Assembly: GCF_025526975.1 (NCBI RefSeq)
Contig: NW_026515699.1
Coordinates: forward strand, 310,001 to 340,939
DNA from: Fimicolochytrium jonesii
Lineage: Eukaryota
Direction of reading: 5' to 3'
Length of the DNA stretch: 30,939 nt
Below, in pieces: positions 13,127-22,597 of this stretch. Position numbers and translations under genes: made by a program. How positions within the stretch are numbered: the stretch's first letter is position 1; every line of letters begins with the position of its first letter. The notes below the pieces were generated by a model. The model searched no databases. It was given only the letters and a program-made list of their open reading frames with translations, and was not told the DNA's origin.

Positions 13127-13996
13127 ATGCGCACCCCCCTTCAGCATATCGCCCACGCACGATCCCTTCTTCGTCCGCTAGCACATCCTCTCACAGCGCG
13201 TCCAGCCTCCTCCCTTATCACATCCCGCAAGATCATCCTCAAGATGTCCACCAACACCAACCTCACCGACGCCGGCCCAGTCACCTCCATCATCCCACCC
13301 ACAACGCTACCCACCACCACCTCCCACCCCACCCATCACATCCACCACCCGGACCTCGCCGCGATGCGCATAACCTACAACCAACACACCCTCCTGGACA
13401 CCCAAATCCTCCCTTCCCCCTTCTCCCAATTCGAATCCTGGTTCAACGACGCCAAACGCGACGCCCTGACCACCTCCGTCGAGCCAAACGCCATGAACCT
13501 CGCCACATCCACCCGCGACGGTCGGCCCTCGTCGCGGATGGTCCTGCTGAAAGATTACGATGAGGACGGGTTTGTGTTTTTCACGAATTATGAGAGTCGG
13601 AAGGGGAGGGAGTTGAGTGAGAACCCGTGGGCGGCGCTCAATTTCTGGTGGGGACAGCGGAGTGTGCGTGTCGAGGGCCGGGCCGAAAAGGTAGACGCGG
13701 CCGAGAGCGATGAGTACTACAACTCTCGCCCCAGGGGGTCGCGGATCGGGGCGTGGACGTCGCCGCAGAGTTGTGCGTTGCAGGGGAGGGAGGAGTTGGA
13801 GAGTTTGGAGAGGGAGGTGGAGAAGAGGTTTGAAGGGGTGGAGGAGATCCCGCGGCCGCCGTTTTGGGGCGGGTTTAGGGTTGTCCCGGAGCGGATTGAG
13901 TTTTGGCAGGGGAGGCCGAGTCGGTTGCATGATCGGATTGAGTTTAGGAGGACGGAAGGTGGGAAACGGTGGAAGATGGCTAGATTAGCGCCCTAG
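13127..13996 (+). CDS. PDX3: Pyridoxine/pyridoxamine 5'-phosphate oxidase, intronless, possible N-terminal mitochondrial presequence (alternative ATG 13243)
   Basis: Motifs EPNAMNLAT, PSSRMVLLK, FVFFTNYESRKGRELSENP, RSVRVEG, YYNSRPRGSRIGAWTSPQS, PRPPFWGG, IEFWQGRPSRLHDR and C-terminal RLAP. Confidence 0.96.
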   Translation: MRTPLQHIAHARSLLRPLAHPLTARPASSLITSRKIILKMSTNTNLTDAGPVTSIIPPTTLPTTTSHPTHHIHHPDLAAMRITYNQHTLLDTQILPSPFSQFESWFNDAKRDALTTSVEPNAMNLATSTRDGRPSSRMVLLKDYDEDGFVFFTNYESRKGRELSENPWAALNFWWGQRSVRVEGRAEKVDAAESDEYYNSRPRGSRIGAWTSPQSCALQGREELESLEREVEKRFEGVEEIPRPPFWGGFRVVPERIEFWQGRPSRLHDRIEFRRTEGGKRWKMARLAP

Positions 13997-14250
13997 GTTC
14001 TCACGGACACTTTCGTCAAATGTACATTCTCAGTGAACAAGGCCTAGAATGCTTCGAGCTTTGATACACGTGTGCTTTATACGGCGTGGATTGAACTTAA
14101 CGATACCTATCTATGTACATCGGCGGTTTCCGAGCATTCTATTCTATATTTGTCAAACTACGCCCGTCACCAGGTATACTTTCCACCACAGGACGGGGAT
14201 GATGTCGAATTACTGACATCGTTCTCCTCTGATTTCAGGTCCACTTATGT

Positions 14251-15797
14251 TCACCAAACCGCAAAATGATCCCACCCCGCCTCAACCCTTGTCGCCTGGG
14301 GTTCCCCAGTCATCCTTGCAACAACTCGTGGCGGCGACCCAGTAATCCTCACCGCCGTAATACGCGGGTGTAGCCCACTCCCAGCATCACTCCCCGTCGA
14401 AGTCGAGCCGGACCCGAACGGCCAGTACCATTTCGTCTTCATTTGGGGTTTTGATTCCGGTGGTGGGGATGTCTCGGCAGCAGCGGCGGCAGCACCCCAC
14501 GCGACGATACTCCCGTCCCGTTTCAGTACCAGTAATGAGGTGGGTGAGAGGGCTACGTCCGCTACGTCCGTGAGCACTTCTCGACTCTCCGCACCCTCCC
14601 GGCCGATATCGAACAACGCCAACGTCCCGCCCTCATGCAACGCGACCCCAAAATCGGCACCACATGCTATCTTTCTGACTGGCACAGCGTCCAGCAACAC
14701 GTCCGCGACGGGCGGGGCGTCCCATACCTCTGCCAGACGCGGGTTGGGGCGGGTTTCGGGGTAATCGGGTGGTTTTATGCCTGTTGCGGGGTCGGTTGTC
14801 GGTGTTGTGCCAAAGATGAGGCATCGACGTTGTTGAGTATCCTCGACCCCAACGATCCCGACGACGCCGTCCCCCACTGCGATAGCCTCGATATGTGCGG
14901 CGTTGTTCATGAAGGGGTGTTGAAGGACGTGGGAGATGAGCACGGGGCTGAGGGCGGTGTGCGCGCCGAGGTGGCCCCATGCGTAGAGTTCCGCTGGCTG
15001 CTGCTCATTCCCACTCCCACTTCCACTTCCATCCCCAACAGGTACAGCCAGCACAGCAGTAGTATTCCCCCTCGCCGCAACCCTAACCCCCCTCCTCCCC
15101 AACTCCCCAAAAAACCCCACCGCAATCGCGTTCGAATCATGATACTCCGTTCCATGCCCCAACGCCCCGCCGCCCCACGTGTACACCGTCCCCGCATGCG
15201 TCAGCGCGACGGTGTGGAAGTCACCGCAGGCGAGGGCGGTCACGTCGGTGGAGGATAAGGGACCTTTGAGGCGCGTGGGGAGGGGCAGCGCGTCGTCGTC
15301 GTCGTCGTCGAGGAAGCCGCTGGACTCGGGGATGTGGCCTGCCTAAAGGGGTGAAGACGGGGTTTTAGTATTGAGTGGATATCACCCTCATATTGATGTT
15401 CGATTGTTGAGACATACCTGCCCGTAAAAATTGGATCCCCAAGAAAAGAGGTGTCCGCCGCTCGCACCCCTCAGCAGCGCCACCGTGTGGCTAACCCCAC
15501 ATACCACGTCGTCAATTTTCACACCATCGAACAGCTCAATACTCTTGGGAGTAGTGAGTGCCGTCTGGTCGCCGTGGCCTAGTTTGGAGTCTAGGCCTGA
15601 GCCCCTGCAAAAACGGGAATGGGAATGAGCGAAGTACACGAATTGTTATGAGGAACAGTTTCTGGACTGTACCATGTTGATAGAAGACGGGGTGTTGCCC
15701 TGCTGCTGTGCGCGTTGAGGTGCGGTAGTAGCAGACGTCCCCACGGGCGTCTGATGCAGGCTCTAGCGAACTGCAGTTGTGGCAATCGTGGAGGCAT
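14251..15797 (-). CDS. RCC1/BLIP-II repeat protein with an Arg/Leu-rich N-terminus resembling a mitochondrial presequence. Exons 15797-15673, 15604-15418, 15342-14251
   Basis: Two GT-AG introns join STWGSGLDSKLGHGD, VVCGVSHTVAL..LFSWGSNFYGQ, ALACGDFHTVALT..GTVYTWG..LGHG, IACGADF and VEAGWDH, which are RCC1 repeats. Orthology is not resolved. Confidence 0.82.
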
Positions 15798-16286
15798 GTT
15801 GGGTGAGTTGGGAGTCGTCTTCGAACGTTGTTTTGCAAAACGCTCCCGCACGCGTATTTCACAACGGGAAGTAAAAAGACACAAAGCGCATTCGCACGTG
15901 GGCCAGAACCGGGAGTCGAACCTCCGCGCTCATCATTTCCTCGTCGCCGCATCCCGATGAATACGCCGCGATGAATATAGAAGTTGGCGACCTGTCCCTC
16001 TCCGAGGACTCGAGCTTTGATACTCTGAGACGATAATGCAGTTAGCGAGATGCTCACGGGCGTGCTCTTCCAGCGAGAAAAACAACATATACCCTGCATG
16101 CGGTCGCGCTTCTCCGGCTTTGTCAGTCTTCAGTAGGACGCATCCCTGGCAACCAGTTCGTGATATATCAAGCAGAATGGCTATGAATTGAAGAAACACA
16201 GGTAACAAATACGTCCATGAATAATCTCCATATCCATAAATCTAAATTGTCTATGAAGCCATACGCCCTGCATCCACATCGCCCGT

Positions 16287-17313
16287 CTACTTGCAAGTAG
16301 TCCCATAGTTAATCCCAGGGTAAAATACATGCGCATTATTGATCCCCACCCCACCCTGCGAATTGACGCAGTCGGCCGGCTCATTCCCGTAGCAGCGATA
16401 AGTAGTGGCCGCGCTCGGCTGTCCGCTGGCGTCGTTGCCGGCCCAGATCTCGGTTTTCGAGTGGCGGTAGCCGAAGCCTGTGGGTGGGAGGAGGGGGACC
16501 CCATCTGTTTCGCCCGAAGAGAGATTGCCTTTAGGAAACGTTGCCCCATATGAAAGAGAAAAGCAACACATTTACCATTTGCGTGGGTGACTCGGTAAAA
16601 GCTGCCGACATCGACATCAGTCGCTCCGGCCAGCAGGTCAACATAAGCCGCATACTGATGGTTCCCAACCCTTGGCGAAGCAAATGCCCAAGCCTGCGCG
16701 ATCCTCATCTCAGGCATCGTCCTTAAATCCGCAAACGCCAGCGACGTCAACGCGCCGCCCAGACTGTGTCCCGTAAGCGTCACCGTGTAGCCCCGGTTCA
16801 CAGCAAGCGCACCGGCAATCGCCCTGCGGATCTGCTCGGAGATGGACACCCACGCGCCGCGGAATCCTAAGTGGACCGAACACCCTGTACATGCGGCATA
16901 ACCCACGCCGACGAACGAAATGTCGGTCACGGCGTCGCGGAGGGCCTTGCTGCCGCCGAACGAGACGATGATTTCACGGGTGGTGTCGGCGCGGAAGACG
17001 ATGGCTTGGGTGTTGGTGAAGTTGATTTTGATGTAGTTGAGGACGGTGGAGCGGTCGGGAGGGACGGGGCAGTTTTGGCCGATGGAGGTGGCGGCGAAGT
17101 TGCCGTAGCGGACGAGGTTGGTATAGAATGATGGGTCGACTGCGTAAAAGGGAGAGAGAGCCAGCGGAGGGATTAAGTTTCGACCGGCAAGCATCATGGT
17201 CAAAGTATGCGCTTACCCAAAGTCCTCTTTGTTGCAGCCGGAGCCGGGGCCGCGACGACTGAACCGAGCCCCGCAACCGCAACGCACAGGAGGCTGCGTA
17301 GGGAGAGCTTCAT
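16287..17313 (-). CDS. Secreted class-3 lipase / feruloyl esterase A-like alpha/beta hydrolase. Exons 17313-17217, 17139-16576, 16504-16287
   Basis: Exon 1 encodes a signal peptide and propeptide, MKLSLRSLLCVAVAGLGSVVAAPAPAATKR (dibasic KR). Also CSVHLGF, the nucleophile motif TGHSLGG, FASPRVGN, RVTHANDGVP (Asp) and NNAHVFY (His). Two GT-AG introns. Confidence 0.9.
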
Positions 17314-17836
17314 CGTTGAGGGGACTTTGGGTGAAAAGCAGGAGGGAGTCGGCATCGATGGGGGTTATTAAATGGCCGTGGCCAAACGGCGAACTCCCGA
17401 ATGTGGTTCCCCGCAAAACATCAACGGAAGAAAGAGCACAGACCTATAACACAGGCCGGCTGCAAAACGTCAGCGAGAAAAATGAAAAGTGGCCATACAG
17501 TACTGTAGGCCAATAGCGTAAGATATCCACCTCCACCCCGAGCTCAATTTAGCGCGAAGGCATCCATCTCCGCCATCTAGTAGCTACCTCGCAACGCGAA
17601 CTTGCCTCCATCGATGCTCGTCCTGCTTCAAACTTGCTATATTTTTGTTGGTGTCGTAGGGAAATAGACTTCTCCTACCACTCTGTTGGTTGCTGGGAAC
17701 AAACAAATATGCCCCCAGTTTTCCTCGGTGGGCCTTGCAAGCAACCTCCAAAGAGTAGCGAACCGTGCGCAAAGGGCAGAACGCTCAACTCCGGCAACTT
17801 TAGAAATTCAAACAATCCCCCCACGATTCCCCCAAG

Positions 17837-19440
17837 ATGGACCCCATCCTCACCCCAGCCTCCTGGAAATACAAACACGAAGGCAATGCAAACGTTGTCT
17901 TCACCTACACCGGCTCACAACCACCCCTAGTAAGTTGAATGCTGTGTCTATGCTACACCCTGGCTGGACACCACCTAACACTTCCATCCAGGAAGGCCAT
18001 GTCCTCCGCGTCCGCAAAAGCGATGACACATCGGAGACACCCATGAGTCTTGGGGATGAGCAGGGGTTCCAGGAGCGGGTGATTGGGCCGCTTGTTGGGG
18101 GGGATTATGTCGCTAAGACTGTGAGTCGGGGCGAGCAATTCCAATTTGCATCAGGAGGTTCTGAGCGGGCCCGGTTTCTGTCGTAGAGACTCGTGAAGGT
18201 CACCCCAGACTTCTTGCAAGCCCTATCAACAGCCTTCGCGGCGTTACGACCGGAAGCGAGGCGGAACAGGGATCTGGACCTCCGACAGGAGTTTGTGGCG
18301 TTGATTCCGGATCTGACTGTTGCGGGCACTGATGGTCGTGATGGTGGGGAGGCCATCACTGTTGAGATCAAGGTAGGTTTTTGAGGTCTCCTGCCAAACT
18401 ATGGGGAGTCATTGACGATTGCCTTCAAAAGCCCAAATGGGGCTTCCTCCCAACCTCCCCGAACATCAACCCCGTCAAACTGCACACATGCCGCTACTGC
18501 ATGCACCAGCACTACAAACAGCACATACCGCCGAGCGAGTTCTGCCCTCTGGACCTGTACTCGGGCGATCAACGGCGGGTTGCGAAGGCTGTGGATGCGT
18601 TGGTTAGGTGTCCGCAGAATAATCTAAGGGTTTTTGTTGGGGGGGAATGTGTTGGGGTCGACAGTGTAGGTGTTTGTTGTTGTTGCTGTGAGCTTTTGTG
18701 GATGAGCGCTGATGGCTCTTATCTAGGCGACTGCTAAAGCCGCGGTGGAAGCATTAATGCGTGCATCCCATTCGACCGACATGGTAAGCATCCCTCATCA
18801 ATGCCCCTCTCAGTATCCTCTCCTCTAATCCGCCCCACACAGACCCCAGCCGCTTTCCTCACAACCCTCCTAACCCCCATAATCACCTCCCAACCCCTCT
18901 TCCCGCGTCTCGCAACCCACCAAGCAGGTCTCGACTCCCTTGACATTGAAGGGATCATCACGGTCTACAATGCGCTACCAACAGAGTTGAAGGAGATGAA
19001 CCCGACGCTGGGGGAGTGGGAGGGGGTTGTGGCGGGGTATTTGGGACATGATGTGGGAGCGGTGGAGGGGGTGGAGGAAAGTAGACAGCGGGTGTATGAG
19101 TATCTACTGTCTGCAACGTTAAAGGATTGTTCGGTTATGATTACCGTTTGGGTTGAGGAGAACACTGAGGATGATGGGTGAGCTTCCTCGCTTTCACTTG
19201 CATGTGCGGTCTTGACTCACTGCTTCTAATTCATCATATAGTCACACAGCCCCATCAAAAGAAAACGAAGGCACCATATCTGTCCCCACCTCCTCCTCGC
19301 AACCAAGAACCATCCGCTACACCTTAGGTCTAGTCGACATCGACCCAAAGAACATCACAAAGGTGCCGGAGCATTATGCGAAGGATCAGGAGATTGTGAA
19401 GTGTTACGCGAGCGTAGGGGTTGAGAGGCGGTGTGGGTGA
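17837..19440 (+). CDS. IPK1: Inositol-pentakisphosphate 2-kinase. Exons 17837-17929, 17992-18120, 18187-18372, 18432-18665, 18727-18783, 18843-19177, 19242-19440
   Basis: IP5 2-kinase motifs in order: WKYKHEGNANVVF, VLRVRK, LIPDLT, VEIKPKWGF, CRYCMHQ, FCPLDLYSG, PQNNLRVF, YLLSATLKDCSVMI, VDIDPK. Six introns keep the frame. Confidence 0.92.
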
Positions 19441-19753
19441 CGGACGGTAAACGATTGTGTGGGAGGGGTTTAGGCTGAGGTTGAGGGTGCCGGCGTATTA
19501 GGTAGACACGTAGATTTATCATGTTGGGTGGCTTTGGAGTTCCTTCAGATCCGAGGCACAGCGGAAGGAAGCTTGGATTTGGGGAAAAACATCCCTCGAA
19601 GCGACGCGACTGAGGTACCAGTTCCCATAGTAATACGTTCAATGCAAATATATTTCTGAAACATGCAAAGAACATGTTGGAGGGAAGGGGAATGGGCGAA
19701 TCCGTATTCTACTCCACGTCGCCCCTAACTCCGTGTGGCTAAACTGGCAAACT

Positions 19754-19801
19754 AGGAGAACAACATCCATCTTTTGCATCAATACTGGATGTTGTTCTCC
19801 T
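19754..19801. repeat. Perfect 16-bp inverted repeat (hairpin, 16-nt loop)
   Basis: aggagaacaacatcca (19754-19769) is the exact reverse complement of tggatgttgttctcct (19786-19801). Confidence 0.95.
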
Positions 19802-19875
19802 TGTTCTTCGCCGTAAAGTTGAAGAGGCTTCTTCTAGAGTGTGTTGGGGACGGGATCCAGCAATTTCGTCCGGGA

Positions 19876-20301
19876 TCAGACAGCTTTGACCTCTTTGACG
19901 ACGAATGTGACCTCCGAGTGCCGGGGCCCAGGGAAGCCAGCGAAACCGCCGAGACTGCCGAAACCGCCGAATTCGCCTGAGGCTCCTCCTCTTTCCCGTC
20001 CTGCCCGCCCCTCACTTCTTTGATTATCAAAGCATTCTCGGTTCCCGCCAGTCAACTTCCTACGAGCCAGCTGTAAGTTGATAGCAATATAGTAGGTGAG
20101 GAGACAAGATTAGTGAATGAGAAGACGCGAAGGATACGCTTACCTGTCGCGTGGTCTGTCTGTGGTTTAGCGTCCGAGAACGTTCCGTACATCCGGGTCA
20201 CGGAATATGCGAACATGGCGGCTAAAATCCAGACGGAGGCAAAGTAGCGCTAGGAGCGCTAGGCAACCCGAATGACGGTCGTGATGGATACTTACAGCCA
20301 T
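19876..20301 (-). other. Small spliced minus-strand locus of uncertain coding status (candidate introns 20295-20222 and 20143-20071)
   Basis: Two consensus donors (GTAAGT, GTAAGC) with pyrimidine-rich acceptors (TTTTAG, TTACAG) at 73-74 nt spacing, like introns elsewhere in the window. No recognisable protein family. Confidence 0.45.
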
Positions 20302-20588
20302 CCCAAGTCAAAACCCCAGCACAGGAAATCGAATGCGATTCCGCCCACCCAAGGGAAGGCAGGATATATTGTCAGTAAAAGTGTCACAATAACCTCGATC
20401 CAGGCCTGTGGTCATCAAATCCAGTCACGTGCGTGCCCGAGTCATTAAATCGCGGTTTCTTCCTCTTTGCGAGAGTCCCCTTTGACAGAACGCCTGCGAG
20501 AGAGCGTATTTGCGGTTTGGAAAGCAAGGCATATCTACGAGCAACGTTTCGTGGTCGCTAACATCAACCTACGCTACCCCCATTACAG

Positions 20589-20890
20589 GTAAGCACACTC
20601 GCACCACCTACCCACTCACAGCAACCACGGCGGGCAGAGCGAACGGCTGCCCGTTTTGTTTGCAGAAAGAGCGTCCGAATCAGCCGACTTGGGAATTGCA
20701 TGTGGACATTGCGTGGGAATACTAACCATCCGACTACCATCCATCCATCCATTCATTGCATCCATCGCTTTTTTTCATTCACACCACTATCGAACGTACC
20801 TCTCGACGTTCTATCCATCCATCCATCGACTCGCTGTACTCGAATCGTTCGTTCCGAAACTCCCTTACGACATCGTCATTCCGATTATAG
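20589..20890 (+). other. Probable 5'-UTR intron of RPL17
   Basis: CAG|GTAAGC donor at 20589 and ATTATAG acceptor ending at 20890, 16 nt before the ATG. Contains a (CCAT)n-rich stretch. Confidence 0.6.
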
Positions 20891-20906
20891 GTCATTAGCA
20901 GACACA

Positions 20907-22060
20907 ATGGGCCGGTACGTTTTTCGATTTACGAAGAGTGAACTTATGCCAGGGTGGTGTGGGCTCACGAACGTGTGATTTATAGTTACGCTGCCGAACC
21001 CGAGAACCCCGCCAAGTGTGAGTGTCGAATTGCGAATGACGAGGGGGGTGCTTAGGATTGCTGGGTTGGGGCATCAGGAGGGTTGAATGGACCAGGGGTG
21101 GCGTGGAGAGGAGTCCAGGGGGACGACGGAAGAGAAGCAGAAGGAAAGGAGGCAACGATATGCGGCATGGTAGAGGAGGGGCCACTCGTGAGAATTGAAC
21201 ATGCCTGCGTGGCATGGAGCGGAATGGTCGACCCCGCACACTCGGCTTCAACTAGGTGGACAATCTTCGTGGGGGAAACGGGGACCGATGGATTTTTCTT
21301 GAGGACAGAACTGGGAGCGTGAGGATTCCATGGGACAGACACGCTGACGGATATTGTTTTTCGAAAACACAGCCGTCAAGGCGAAGGGTTCTTACCTCCG
21401 CACTCACTTCAAGAACACCCGTGAAGTCGCCAAGACCATCTCGGGCATGAAGTTGAGGAAGGCCGTCACTTTCCTTGGTGATGTCAAGGAGCACAAGCAG
21501 GCTGTGCCTTTCCGTCGTTTCTCTGGCGGTGTCGGCCGTACTGCCCAGGCCAAGGTGTGGGGTGTCACTCAGGCCAGGTGGCCCGTGAAGTCTTGCGAGT
21601 TCGTTCTCGGCCTCCTCAAGAACGCTGAGAGCAACGCCGAGGTATGTTGTGGGAAACAAAATCTGATGGTGGCGGACCTATGTCTGAGGAAATTTGATAA
21701 ACTAACGAATCACACATTCATCAGGTCAAGGGATTGAACTTGGACTCGCTCGTTGTCCGTCACATCCAGGTCAACCAGGCCCCCAAGCAACGTCGTAGGA
21801 CCTACCGTGCTCACGGTCGTATCAACCGTAAGTACATCACTACTCGTATCTCTCAAAAAAATCCTTGCGGCTTCGTTTAACGCCACTTTCTCACGATCCA
21901 TCCAGCCTACATGTCCCACCCCTGCCACATCGAGCTGACCTTGGTCGAGGAGGACAAGCAGGTCGCCAGGGAAGAGAACACCGTTGCTCCCAGGCTTTCC
22001 AAGAAGAGGCAGATCCGCGCCAGGACCGCAGCGTCCCGCGCCACCCCCGCCTCCGCTTAG
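20907..22060 (+). CDS. RPL17: 60S ribosomal protein L17 (uL22). Exons 20907-20914, 20986-21017, 21373-21641, 21725-21827, 21906-22060
   Basis: Spliced product [31 protein letters not shown]...[14 protein letters not shown]...RWPVKS...[14 protein letters not shown]...[31 protein letters not shown], with strong codon bias. Confidence 0.98.
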
Positions 22061-22597
22061 AGGAAATAATCATTGACCCACCACCCCTTTGATTTTTATC
22101 TCTTTGTGAATACACCACCACAGATGCCCGCTCCGCCCGTCTTCTTACTTAACTTCCGCGAAATACAAGTGTGAAAATTTGATTGGAAGCCCGGCGTATT
22201 CTGAGTCTGACTGGGCTGTGGTGGCCGTGCAGATGGTTTGTTCCGGTTCACCTGTCCCCCTCCTGCCAGTGCATAGAGCATGTACACACCGCCTCCCCTA
22301 CACATGTTGGCGGGTGGGTAGAGCCCCACTTAAAGAACAGTGGGAACAATGTCAAAAGCCCGATCTGCGGTGAGGTAAGCATGATTCACGCGTCTTTCCG
22401 ACCGAGGACTCCAGAACAGAATGAGGCGGTTTGCACTTTTGAAGGTGGGAAGTACGTAGTATTCGGTCGCTCTTGCATCTGCCGCATCTTTGCGTCCCGT
22501 CCGTTTCCATCCTATTTAAATAACTGAAGGAAAAAACAGAGAGAGGAAAGCGCACCTCATAGATATACAGACGTAAACCAGAGTGGGAAAAAAAGCC

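Noticed and set aside
19754..19801. Bacterial rho-independent terminator or canonical SECIS
   Set aside because: The locus is eukaryotic with no U-tract, and the spacing between UGA and GA is too short for SECIS helix II.
19779..20030. 83-aa minus-strand ORF ending KENNIQY
   Set aside because: No ATG, and it cannot be joined to upstream exons without stops using canonical acceptors.
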